Positions 10,118 through 20,000 of a stretch of DNA of 64,000 nucleotides are shown in pieces. Below the pieces are notes generated by a model. That model did not search any database. It saw only the letters and a program-made list of their open reading frames with translations, and was not told the DNA's origin. Every line of letters begins with the position of its first letter. The stretch's first letter is position 1. The DNA comes from a virus (taxonomy: Duplodnaviria > Caudoviricetes), in the IMG/VR virus record IMGVR_UViG_2767802108_000001, positions 25,135 to 89,134 of that record, one strand, 5' to 3'. Position numbers and translations under genes: made by a program.

Positions 10118-10870
10118 GTGAACGACTTCCAGCCCTACTCCTACACGGACAGCGTCACGGCCGACCGGCCCTGGCTCGCGTCCCTGGTAGGAGTCCAGGA
10201 CACCAACACCATCACCCTCGACCTGACCAAGTTCAGCGAGGGCTCCCACTACGTGACCTCCGCGAACCCGATGCTCCAGGGCCGCAACGTCATGAAGTCC
10301 GGCATCCCGCTGGGCAAGGTCACCGCGTCCGGCCTGTACGCCCCCTACTCGGGGCCGCGCAGCGAGGTCCAGACCGTGACGATCACCGGCGGACCCACCG
10401 GCGGTACGTACACGCTGACCTTCAGCGGGCAGACCACCGCAGGGATCCCCTACAACGCGACCGCCGCGCAGGTGAAGTCCGCGCTGGAAGCCCTGTCCAA
10501 CGTGAACGTCGGGGACGTCGCTGTCTCCGGCGGCCCGCACCCGGGCACCGCGGTCGTCGTCACCTTCGGCGGCCAGTACCTCGGCGAGGACGTCGCCCAG
10601 ATGACCGCGTCCGGTGCCAGCCTCACCGGCGGCACCAGCCCCGCCGTAGCCGTCGCCACCACCACCGCAGGCGGCGGCGCGTCCGCCACGGACGGCACCG
10701 AGGCCCTCGCCGGGTTCCTCGTCGACGCCATCAGCTTCAACCCGACGTCCACCAAGGCCGCCGGCGCGCTGCTGTGGCACGGCGAAGTCTTCGCCGACAA
10801 GTGCCCCATCCCATTCGACCCGACCGACGTCGCCAGCACCGCGCCCGGCGTCAACATCCACTACCGGTAG
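10118..10870 (+). CDS. Head decoration protein with an inserted beta-rich domain
   Basis: SGIPLGKVTASGLYAPY...DGTEALAGFL decoration-protein motif interrupted by EVQTVTITGGPTGGTYTLTF domain. Confidence 0.7.
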   Translation: MNDFQPYSYTDSVTADRPWLASLVGVQDTNTITLDLTKFSEGSHYVTSANPMLQGRNVMKSGIPLGKVTASGLYAPYSGPRSEVQTVTITGGPTGGTYTLTFSGQTTAGIPYNATAAQVKSALEALSNVNVGDVAVSGGPHPGTAVVVTFGGQYLGEDVAQMTASGASLTGGTSPAVAVATTTAGGGASATDGTEALAGFLVDAISFNPTSTKAAGALLWHGEVFADKCPIPFDPTDVASTAPGVNIHYR

Positions 10871-10885
10871 AAGGAGGAGATCACC

Positions 10886-11938
10886 ATGGAGGCTCTCGAG
10901 CTCCTCCTGCGGGACACGAACGACACCGACCTCACGGTGTACGCCCGCCAGATCGACACGCCCGCCAAGTACCGGCTGACCCGCGAGGTCTTTCCGGAAA
11001 CTCGGGTGCAGGGCATCAAGTTCCGCACCACCTCGGCGAAGCGCCGGGTCAACGCGGCCAAGTTCCGCGCCTACAACGCGCCGACTGCGCTGGCGCAGCG
11101 GCAGGCCGAGCGGATCGTCAACGAGGGCATGCTGCCTGCCCTCGGCCAGACCCTCCCGGTCTCCGAGATGGACCAGATCCTCCTCGATGTCGACCATGGC
11201 AAGGACACGCAGGAGTACATCGACCTGCTGTACTCCGATGTCGACCGGCACGTGGAGTCCATCCAGACCGCGCAGGAACTTGCCGCTGGTCAGCTCCTGG
11301 CCAACGGTGCCGTCAGCCTGCCCGGCCTCGGCCTTGACGTCGACTGGAACGTCCCGTCCGCCAACATGCCCACTGCTGCGACGCTGTGGGACGATCCGGC
11401 AGCCACCCCGCTGTCCGATGAGCGCGCGTGGATGGACTACCTTCTGGACAGCGGCGCGCCGGCACCCCGCGAGATCATCACCTCGCGTCGGGCACGGGCC
11501 CTGCTCGCCTCCAACGAGGAGTACCGTGCGGCCTACTACGGGTCCAGCACGGTCGGTGGCACCCCGACAGCCACCCTCGCACCCAACGAAGTCGACACCG
11601 TCCGCGCCCGGTACGGCCTTCCGCCGATCGTGACCTATGACGTCCAAGTCTGGAACGACGACCAGTACGTCCGCGTCCTCCCCGACAACAAGTGGATCAT
11701 GGTGCCGGATGTTCCGGCTGCCGAGTGGGGCCAGACGCAGTACGGTCGGACCCGCGAGGCCGCGAAGTTCACCTCCGGAACGAACCCTGCCCTGACGCGG
11801 GAAGAGGCCCCGGGCATCGTCGTGGTCACCGGTGTCGAGGATGACCCCGTGCAGATCTACTCACGTGGCTGCGCGATCGGCATGCCGGTGCTGTACGTGC
11901 CGGACATCCACATCTCGGCGACCGTCCTCGGGAGCTGA
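10886..11938 (+). CDS. Major capsid protein (gpE-like)
   Basis: 350 aa, strong RBS (AAGGAGG), position after decoration gene, W..P.A.PL.D motif. Confidence 0.85.
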   Translation: MEALELLLRDTNDTDLTVYARQIDTPAKYRLTREVFPETRVQGIKFRTTSAKRRVNAAKFRAYNAPTALAQRQAERIVNEGMLPALGQTLPVSEMDQILLDVDHGKDTQEYIDLLYSDVDRHVESIQTAQELAAGQLLANGAVSLPGLGLDVDWNVPSANMPTAATLWDDPAATPLSDERAWMDYLLDSGAPAPREIITSRRARALLASNEEYRAAYYGSSTVGGTPTATLAPNEVDTVRARYGLPPIVTYDVQVWNDDQYVRVLPDNKWIMVPDVPAAEWGQTQYGRTREAAKFTSGTNPALTREEAPGIVVVTGVEDDPVQIYSRGCAIGMPVLYVPDIHISATVLGS

Positions 11939-11944
11939 GCGGTC

Positions 11945-12247
11945 ATGGCCAAGCTGGTGAAGGCCGTGTTCGTGAAGGACCCGGAACGCAACCGCACCGT
12001 CGTCCTGCGCCCGGGGGAGGAACCGGAGCCGCGCCTCGCGGCCCTGGTCACCAACCCCGACGCGTGGGAGGACGGGAAGCTGCCCTCCGTCCAGGACGAC
12101 TCCGCCGACAGTGGCAAGGACCAGTCCAGCAGCGAGGACAGCACCGACAAGGCCGCACCGCCGGCCAAGCCGTCAGGGCGCAAGCCCGCGGCACGCAAGC
12201 CGGCCCGGGGCCGGGACGTCGCTGACGAGGGCACCAGCGGCGACTAG
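11945..12247 (+). CDS. Small virion-associated protein
   Basis: Follows MCP; VTNPDAW motif and basic low-complexity tail. Confidence 0.7.
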   Translation: MAKLVKAVFVKDPERNRTVVLRPGEEPEPRLAALVTNPDAWEDGKLPSVQDDSADSGKDQSSSEDSTDKAAPPAKPSGRKPAARKPARGRDVADEGTSGD

Positions 12248-12251
12248 CGGG

Positions 12252-12296
12252 ATGCGGGCCCGCCCCCACGGTGGGGGCGCCACAGGGCGGGCCCGC
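12252..12296. terminator. Stem-loop after the capsid genes
   Basis: TGCGGGCCCGCCC...GGGCGGGCCCGCA inverted repeat. Confidence 0.6.
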
Positions 12297-12336
12297 ACCC
12301 GCACCACCCCTTCCCACACCAGCTTTGGAGGCAGCC

Positions 12337-12666
12337 ATGGACACCGCCGTACAGGCATGGCTCCTTGCCCAGCTCGGCGCAGCCACCGACCTCGCCGACC
12401 TTGAGACTCGTTACGCCCGCCTCGGATCGGCCCGCGCCGTCGCCATCGAAGTCCTCACCGGCCGTCTCGCCGACCTCCTGGCACAGCCCACCACCATCAA
12501 CGTCACCGGCATCGTCGGTCTCGGCTTCAGCGAGAACATCAAGGCCCTGGAACGAAAGATCTCCGCCCTCCGGGATGGAGACATTCCTGCACCTGACGAC
12601 CCGGACGGCTCCGACGACGGAACCGGCATCGGCTGGATCGTTCTCAAGGCAAGGCCCCGACGATGA
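12337..12666 (+). CDS. Putative head-tail adaptor
   Basis: GGAGG RBS; size and position. Confidence 0.55.
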   Translation: MDTAVQAWLLAQLGAATDLADLETRYARLGSARAVAIEVLTGRLADLLAQPTTINVTGIVGLGFSENIKALERKISALRDGDIPAPDDPDGSDDGTGIGWIVLKARPRR

Positions 12667-13505
12667 CGACCCCCGTCCGACGCCGCAGCCGCACCCTCCG
12701 CCAGCGCCTCCTGGCGCTCATCACCGACGCTGTCGACCGGCTTCGCGCGGCGTGGGGCATCCTCACCATCGCCCAGACCCGCCTGCTCAACGCGCTGGCC
12801 CGGATCCGGCCCGGCCGGACGTCCGGCGGTGGGCGTGCCCTGCGTGCGGCGATCGCCGCGTTCAACACCAGCCTCGGTACGTTCGCTCGCGCGGCCGGTG
12901 CCTTTGCTGAACGGTGGGCGTCCGCTGACCTGCCGCTCATCTACCGGGAGGGCGCCTGGCAGATGCTGGAGAATGCCGACCGGCGCACCGACCGCTTCCA
13001 GTGGACCGAACGTCACCAGGCCGCGGTCACCGCAGCGTCTGCCCAGTACTACGCCGACCTGACCAGCCGCATCGGCGAGGCCCTGCGCCGGGCCCGGTCC
13101 TTCCTCCGGGCCGCCCAGGACGCTGCCCGCAGTACCGCCGACCGCTTCGACACCAACCAGCTCCGCCGCGACCACCCGCTGGACACCGTCGTCTACGCCA
13201 ACGACGCACGGCATCCGGTCGACGCATGGGCGCGTGCCGCCATCACCTGGCAGGCCGTGACCACCGCCAACACGGCGGCCGCCCGGACCGCACTGGACGA
13301 GCTCGGCACGGAGTGGGTGGAGGTTCGTGATGGGCCCGACTGCGGATGGGAATCGCATAACGATCCCGACCGGGCCAACCGCACGCTGCGCACCGTCCAA
13401 GACGCCCTCGCCCATCCAGTTGCTCACCCTCACTGCCAACGCGAGCTGCTACCGCGCCTCGACCTCGTCGGCCGAACCGAGATCCGGTCTGGAGCGCTTC
13501 TCTGA
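12663..13505 (+). CDS. MuF-like head morphogenesis / minor capsid protein
   Basis: C-terminal DGPDCG...AHPHCQR metal-binding motif. Confidence 0.65.
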   Translation: MTTPVRRRSRTLRQRLLALITDAVDRLRAAWGILTIAQTRLLNALARIRPGRTSGGGRALRAAIAAFNTSLGTFARAAGAFAERWASADLPLIYREGAWQMLENADRRTDRFQWTERHQAAVTAASAQYYADLTSRIGEALRRARSFLRAAQDAARSTADRFDTNQLRRDHPLDTVVYANDARHPVDAWARAAITWQAVTTANTAAARTALDELGTEWVEVRDGPDCGWESHNDPDRANRTLRTVQDALAHPVAHPHCQRELLPRLDLVGRTEIRSGALL

Positions 13506-13732
13506 TGCGCCTCACCATCACCTCCGGCGGTTGCACCGTGGACATACGCACCGATCCCGGCGAAGGCGTCTCGCTACGCGCTGCTGAGAAAGCCGCGCTA
13601 CGGCTCTTTCACGCACTTCCGCCCTCCGACGACACGACGGAGGACGAGCAGCCGTTCGGATTCGCACTCTCCTCCGACACCGAACGAGCCCCGGAGACGC
13701 CAGACACCGTGGAGTACGAAGACGATGAGTAA
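13505..13732 (+). CDS. Hypothetical protein
   Basis: Translationally coupled to both neighbours. Confidence 0.6.
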   Translation: MRLTITSGGCTVDIRTDPGEGVSLRAAEKAALRLFHALPPSDDTTEDEQPFGFALSSDTERAPETPDTVEYEDDE

Positions 13733-14117
13733 CCCCGCAGAGCCGCAGGCGCACGCTGTCCGTATCGACGCCCAGCCTGGCCAGGCCACCATCCGTATCG
13801 GCGGCGAAGCCCTCCCGCCCGGGTCCGTCACCGGCTACGTCCTTCAGCACGACGTGTCCGCGGCCCTGCCCACCCTGATCCTGCACACCCGGCAGTCCGA
13901 TCACGTTGCTTTCGAAGGGCTCGCCCGCGTTGCCGTCGGCGTGCCCAAGACCCCCGCCGACCAGATCTGCGAGTTCTTGGCCGCGGTTGACCCGCAGATC
14001 CTCGATCAGGAGGCCCTCAACCGGGCCGACTACGGTGGCGGGCCCGGCGCCACCGCATGCGCGATGCTCATGACCCTCACGGAGTGGGCGCGGAACACGG
14101 AAGGGGGGACCCGCTGA
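13725..14117 (+). CDS. Hypothetical protein
   Basis: Overlapping start and stop; GC3 bias. Confidence 0.65.
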   Translation: MSNPAEPQAHAVRIDAQPGQATIRIGGEALPPGSVTGYVLQHDVSAALPTLILHTRQSDHVAFEGLARVAVGVPKTPADQICEFLAAVDPQILDQEALNRADYGGGPGATACAMLMTLTEWARNTEGGTR

Positions 14118-14563
14118 TGGCTGTCGATCTCGCCCGGATCCTCGCCAACGTGGCTCCTCTTGTCGAGGGGATGCTCCTCCTCGACACGGTGCGCTTCGTC
14201 ACCCCCGGCGGGCCGCCCGTCTTCAACCCCGACACCGGCCAATTCGAGGTACCGGAAGGCGCCATCACGTACGAGGGCCCGGGTGCTGTGCAGTCCGGCA
14301 GCCTGCCCGAGACCGCGTCCGCAGTCGTCGCCACCCAGCCGTGGGTGACCGAGACCACCAGCAAGTACAAGGCTTTCACCCCTCTCGCGGCGCCGATCGC
14401 CGCCCGGGACACCATCGTCACCGTCGTCTCCGTTCACGACGGAGGCGACCAGGCCCTCGTCGGACGGCAGTGGCGCACCATGGACCCCTCCCAGGCGGGC
14501 ACCCTCGGCGTCATCCGTGTCACCAGCCTCGACCAGATCCAGCAGACTGGCGGGGAGGCGTGA
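14117..14563 (+). CDS. Head closure / DUF6093-like protein
   Basis: DPDTG-like and YEGP motifs; neck-gene position. Confidence 0.65.
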   Translation: MAVDLARILANVAPLVEGMLLLDTVRFVTPGGPPVFNPDTGQFEVPEGAITYEGPGAVQSGSLPETASAVVATQPWVTETTSKYKAFTPLAAPIAARDTIVTVVSVHDGGDQALVGRQWRTMDPSQAGTLGVIRVTSLDQIQQTGGEA

Positions 14564-14955
14564 TGGACCTGGACGAGCTTTCCGACCGGCTGGAGGAGGC
14601 CGCCGACCGTGTCGGCCCCGAGGTGAACCGCACGGTGCAGCAGCAGGCGCGGCTTGCCCAGGCGATGATCCGCTTCAATGCGTCCGGCCGCCCCGGACCG
14701 AACATCATCACGGGCGACTACTTCGACTCGTGGCGCACCGAACCGTTCGCCGTGCCCGATGGTGGCGGGGCGACCGTGGGCACCGACCGGCCGCAGGGCC
14801 GCCGCCTCGAGTTCGGCTTTTGGGACATGACCGACAGCATCGGACGGCATTTCTTCCAGCCGCCATACCCGCACGTGGAGCCCGCAGTGACGGAGCTGTC
14901 CGCAGAGTACGAGGACGCCTTCAAAGCCGCCCTTGACCGGATCTTCGGGAGCTGA
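14563..14955 (+). CDS. HK97 gp10-like neck protein
   Basis: SGRPGPNIITG, RLEFG and PYPHVEPA motifs. Confidence 0.75.
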   Translation: MDLDELSDRLEEAADRVGPEVNRTVQQQARLAQAMIRFNASGRPGPNIITGDYFDSWRTEPFAVPDGGGATVGTDRPQGRRLEFGFWDMTDSIGRHFFQPPYPHVEPAVTELSAEYEDAFKAALDRIFGS

Positions 14956-14957
14956 CC

Positions 14958-15431
14958 GTGATCCAACGCCTCCCCGTCACCCAGGGCCTCCAGGCACTCC
15001 TGGCATCCCTCACCGGCCGCCCCGTCGGCCTCCGATCCGTACCACTGGACAGCAAGGGCGCCCCGCTGCCGCCGCCGTACACGCTGCTCTACCCCCTGGA
15101 CCGGACCGACGACACCGCCACCCTCGCCGACAACCAGCGGGCAGCTGTCCTCGACTACCAGGCGACGTTCGTTTCCGGGCCCACCCCCGGCGTCCCGAAC
15201 AGTCGCGGCGGCGACGAGCAGGCGCAGTGGCTGGCCGACCGCGGGTGGAAGGTCGTCGAACGTCCTGCGGACGGCAGTCCCGGCTACACGAACGCCCTCA
15301 GTGTCGGGCCCGGCGTGCACTGCTGGCGGCGGGAGGCACGCGAAGCAGGGGGAACGTCCGACCAGAACGATGCAATCATCACTTCAGTGATCCGTTACCG
15401 GCTCTTCCTCGAGGAGCAGCCGGCCGGATAG
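14958..15431 (+). CDS. Tail terminator protein
   Basis: PPYTLLY motif; directly before the major tail gene. Confidence 0.65.
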   Translation: MIQRLPVTQGLQALLASLTGRPVGLRSVPLDSKGAPLPPPYTLLYPLDRTDDTATLADNQRAAVLDYQATFVSGPTPGVPNSRGGDEQAQWLADRGWKVVERPADGSPGYTNALSVGPGVHCWRREAREAGGTSDQNDAIITSVIRYRLFLEEQPAG

Positions 15432-15558
15432 CCCCTCCGGGGGCAGTGCAGTACCGCACCGCGGCGGGACCCCACGCGGACGCCACCACCACAGGTGGCC
15501 GCCACACCAACACGTGTAGCAGGGGCCCCGACTTGGCCCCTATCCGCGAGGGGCCACC

Positions 15559-16032
15559 ATGGCAAGGTTTTACCGCAAGGGCATCAGTAAGTACTACTTC
15601 CTTCCGACGATCGCCTCCGACACGCTCGTCCCCACCGGCGCCGAGATCGACGGCGGAACGGACTACTCGTCGCACATCACGTCCGTCGAGGGCTTCAGTC
15701 TGACCAACCAGACCATCGAGACCCCGGACATGGACTCCACGTTCGTCAGCAAGATCGGCGGTGACGACTCCGCCGAGGACAGCTCCTGGACCATGTACGA
15801 GGACTCGGTCCTCGACGCCATCGAGACCGACCTCGCCAAGGGCACCACTGGCTTCGTCGTTCACTTCTCCAAGGGCCTGACCGCTGGCACCAAGGGCATG
15901 GACGTCTTCCCCGTGACTGTGGTCAGCAATTCCAAGAGCTACGCAGCCGACAACGAGGCTGCCAAGGTCACGGTCCAGTTCACGATCACGGACCGTCCCT
16001 TGTTCAACGGCACCGTTCCCACCCTGACCTGA
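15559..16032 (+). CDS. Major tail tube protein
   Basis: 157 aa, IETPDMDSTFVSKIGG motif; precedes the chaperones and TMP. Confidence 0.85.
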   Translation: MARFYRKGISKYYFLPTIASDTLVPTGAEIDGGTDYSSHITSVEGFSLTNQTIETPDMDSTFVSKIGGDDSAEDSSWTMYEDSVLDAIETDLAKGTTGFVVHFSKGLTAGTKGMDVFPVTVVSNSKSYAADNEAAKVTVQFTITDRPLFNGTVPTLT

Positions 16033-16126
16033 CCGGCATCATCCCACCAGCCCCCGGCCGGGCCGTCGCGGTTCAGGGAAGGGCGCCACGCGCCCGGCCG
16101 GGCCTTCCCACATGGAGACCCTCCGT

Positions 16127-16654
16127 ATGAGCAGCACTGCATGGGATGCCATTCAGAAGCGCCTGGACAGCATGCCCAAGCCCACTCAGGTACTTCGCCT
16201 GTGTGCCGACCCCGACGTCCGCGACCGCTACCAGAGCGCGAAGCAGGCCGCCGCGCGTGCCGAGGACTACGAGAAGTCGCTCGGCAAGGACGCCGACAAG
16301 GACGCCCTTGCCCTTGTCCGGAAGCAGACCCGCGAAGCGCAGGCCGAGTTGAAGGCGGCCACGGACGCGTACGAGAGCGCGACCGTCACCCTGACCTTCC
16401 AGGCCCTTGAGCGGGGCCAGCTCGAACTTCTCATCAAGGCACACCCGCCGGGCGAGGAGGACGAGGAGCAGAACTCCGAATTCCACGTCGACACCTTCGC
16501 ACCCGCCCTGATCGCCGCCGCGTCCACAGACGACATGCCGCTGGAGTACGCGCAGCAGGCCATGCAGACCTGGCCCCTCGACGACTGGAAGCGCCTGTGG
16601 GGCGCCGCGTGGACGGTACAGCAGCGGCAGCGAAGTGACCTGGGAAAAGGCTGA
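16127..16654 (+). CDS. Tail assembly chaperone (G)
   Basis: Lies between tail tube and TMP genes; ends at slippery G GGA AAA. Confidence 0.8.
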   Translation: MSSTAWDAIQKRLDSMPKPTQVLRLCADPDVRDRYQSAKQAAARAEDYEKSLGKDADKDALALVRKQTREAQAELKAATDAYESATVTLTFQALERGQLELLIKAHPPGEEDEEQNSEFHVDTFAPALIAAASTDDMPLEYAQQAMQTWPLDDWKRLWGAAWTVQQRQRSDLGKG

Positions 16655-17022
16655 TCGACGATGCCGACTTCCGTGCCGAGATGGAGCTGTGCCGCCAGTA
16701 CGGCATCCCGCACAGCCACTACCGCGGCCACGGAGACGGCACCTGGACCGACCTCGACCGGCGCAAGGCACGCGCCTACGAGCACTACCTCAAGCAGGTC
16801 TGCCCGACCTGCGGCACCCGGCCCGACGAGTGGGACGAAGACGCCGGTGGTGACGAGGACGCCTACCGGGCCACCACGCACCGCTGTATCGGCTGCCAGA
16901 TCCTCGCCGACCGGCAGAAGGAGATCCCCGACGGCGACGAGGGCCACGGCGTGAAGGTCCTCCTCATCCCGACCAGCGTCCACGCCGCCCTGCAATTCCA
17001 GAAGCAGCACAGCCACCAGTAG
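16642..17022 (+). CDS. Tail assembly chaperone extension (GT) reached by -1 frameshift
   Basis: -1 frame is open from GGGAAAA (16642-16648) through LIDDADFRAEMELC to stop at 17022; CxxC motifs. Confidence 0.75.
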   Translation, partial: GKRLIDDADFRAEMELCRQYGIPHSHYRGHGDGTWTDLDRRKARAYEHYLKQVCPTCGTRPDEWDEDAGGDEDAYRATTHRCIGCQILADRQKEIPDGDEGHGVKVLLIPTSVHAALQFQKQHSHQ

Positions 17023-17038
17023 AGGAAGGAGCCCGCCC

Positions 17039-20000
17039 GTGTCCGAGTGGAACCTGTCGGTACGTCTGACCGGCCAGGGCTCTGGACTCGCCCGTACCCT
17101 GCGCGACCTGTCCGGTGACGCCCGCACCGCCTCCCGGAACGTGAACGCGCTCCGCCGGGACATCGACCGGCTTCGCACCGAGACCCGCAACCCGATCCGC
17201 GTCCGTCTGGATGTGGACGCCGGGCATCTGCGGGCCGATGTGCGGGCCGCGCTCACCAGCGCCGGGTCCGGGCAGGGGCTCCGCGTCCGCCTCGGCCTGG
17301 ACGCCGACCACCTGCGGGCCGACGTGTCCGCCGCCCTGTCCGCAGCCGGTGCCGGGCAGGGCCTGGCCGTGAACCTGCGCCTCGGCAACAGCATGCAGCT
17401 GCGCCGCGAAGTTGAGGACGCCGTGCGGTGGGCGGCGTGGGGACACCGCATCGAGATCCCCATCGCCCTCCAGGACCCCATGCAGCTGCGCCGGGACGTG
17501 TCCGCTGCGGTCCGGTGGGCGTCGATGAACCAGGTCATTCGCGTCCGTGTCGACCCCGACACCAGCGGCCTCCGGACGCCTCTCCCTGGCCTTCCTGGGG
17601 GTTCTGGTGGCGGCGGGGGTCTGGACTTCAACCTCGGTTCTCTCATCCCCGCAGCGACCGCCGTGGTCCCCCTGATTGCGGGTCTCGCCGCGAACCTGGC
17701 CCCGCTCGCCGGTACGTTCGCCGCGACTGGTGGCGCAGCAGCAGCATTCGGGATCGCCCTCGCCGGCCAGGTCGGGCCACTCAAGGAAGCCTCCGAGGCG
17801 GAGAAGGCGTACCAAGACGCCGTCCGCGACCACGGGGCAGCGTCGAAGGAAGCAGCGCAGGCGCAGCTCGCCTACCAGCAGCAGCTCGCGTCGATGCCGG
17901 CGGAGACGCAGAAAGCCGCGGTAGCCCTGTCCCGGTTGAAGACCACGTTCGGCGACTGGTCGGACGACATGGCCAGCTTCACCATGGCCCCGGTCGAGAA
18001 GGGCTTCACGGTCCTTGAGCAGGTCATTCCGAAGCTGTCCCCCGAGGTGGAGGCGTTCTCGGGCAGCTTCGACCGGCTCATGAACGTGGCCGGCGGCGCC
18101 GTATCCACCCCAGGCTTCGACGCGTTCGCCGACCGGGTCGGGGAACTGACGCAGGCGAAGGTGGACGACTTCACCGACCAGATCATCCACCTGCTCCGCG
18201 TTGTGTCCCAGGGTGATGCGGACGCCGGCGCGGTCGGACAGATCCTCGCCTACTTCCGGGAGAACGGGCCGGAGGCGCGGGAGGCAGTCAACGCGATCGG
18301 TGACGCTGTCGTCACCCTCGCGCAGGGCGCAGCGCAGGCCGGACCCACGATGCTGACGCTGGTCACCGCGGCCGCAAAGCTGGTCGCCGCACTCCCGCCC
18401 GAACTGGTCGCGATCATCCTTCAGACCGCGACCGCGCTGAAGCTGCTTCAGCTGTCCGGCGCCGGTATGGCTGCTCTGGCGGGCGGGGTCACCCGGGTCC
18501 GTACGTCGATTGTCGGCCTGGCAGCAGCGTCCACAGCCGCCGGTGGCGGACTCGCCGGCCTGCGCGCCGCGTTCCTCGCCCTCGGCACCGCAGCGAAGGC
18601 GTCCGTGGTCGTCGCGGGGATCGCCGCCGTGGTCCTGGCGGTCAAGGAGTTGGGGGACCTTGGGGAGTCTGCCCCGCCCAACGTGGACCGGCTGACCACC
18701 AGCCTCGGACAGCTGGGCAGGACCGGTAAGGCCACCGGCTACGTCGCCGAGCAGTTCGGGTCCGACTTCGAGAAGCTGAACGACAAGATCAGCAAGGTGA
18801 TGAACCCCAGTACGGTCGACTCGATCAACAACTGGGGTGCGGACGTCACCAACGGCCTGCTGGACGCCTCCGATGCTACCGAGGACTTCACCAAGTCCGC
18901 CGACGCGATCGACGAGTCCCTGACGAACCTGGTCCGCAACGGCAACGCTGAGCAAGCTGCGGCCGCCCTCAAGTACATGACCGCCAGCATGTCGCCGGAA
19001 GAGGCGGCACGGCTGCGGGAGGAGCTGGACGGCTACGACTCCTCGCTGGCCGACCTCAAGTTCGAGTCGGACATGGCCGCGGACTCCATGGGGCTGTTCG
19101 GGAAGGCCGCTGCGGACGTCCAGGCGCAGCTCAGCGCACAGAAGCAGGCCGCGGACGGGTTGCGGAATTCCTTGGTGGCCCTGAACGAGACGAACCGGGA
19201 CGCCTACTCCGCTGAGATCAACTACGAGCAGGCCCTGGACGACCTGACCGCAGCGTTCAAGGAGAACGGCAACACCCTCGACATTCACACCGAAGCGGGC
19301 CGCCGCAACGGCGAGGCGATGACTCAGGCGGCCGCAGCGCAGGACGAAATGATCGTTTCCGGGATTGCGGCTGGCGAGTCGTTCGCGACCATGTCGGGGA
19401 AGTCTCAGGCGCTGCGCGCGGAGATGCTGGAGCTGGCCACCAAGGGCTTTGGCGGGAACAAGAAGGCAGCCGAGGACTACGTCAACACGCTGTTGGGGAC
19501 GCCCGCCGAGGTCAACACGATCATCAAGGCTGAGACGGCAGCCGCGATCACCGATCTGGAGGCGGTCAAGAACGAGATCGCCACCACCCATGGCAAAACC
19601 ATCGTCATGGAGGCGCCGACTGCGGCCGCGCGTGCCCAGCTTGAAGCCCTCGGATTCAAGATCGAGGACGTACCGGGGTCGAAGAACGTCAAAATCACCA
19701 TCCCGACCGGCACCCCCATCAGCGCGGTCCAAGCCATTCAGAGCGCCATCAACGGCATGCAGGGCAAGAACATCGGCATCGGTATCTACAAGACGGAGTA
19801 CCTGAACACCGTCCGCACCGGCGGTGCCATCGACGGGAAGAAGTACCCGGGCGTCACGCCGCAGGCCCACGGCTCCGTCCTGGAGTTCTACGCCGACGGC
19901 GGCATGCGGGAGAACCACGTCGCGCAGATCGCACCAGCGGGCGCGTGGAGGGTCTGGGCGGAGCCTTCCACAGGCGGGGAGAGCTACATCCCTCTCAGCC

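Noticed and set aside
17200-17530. Internal DNA repeats at the 5' end of the tape measure gene
   Set aside because: Explained by ordinary protein repeats in the TMP.
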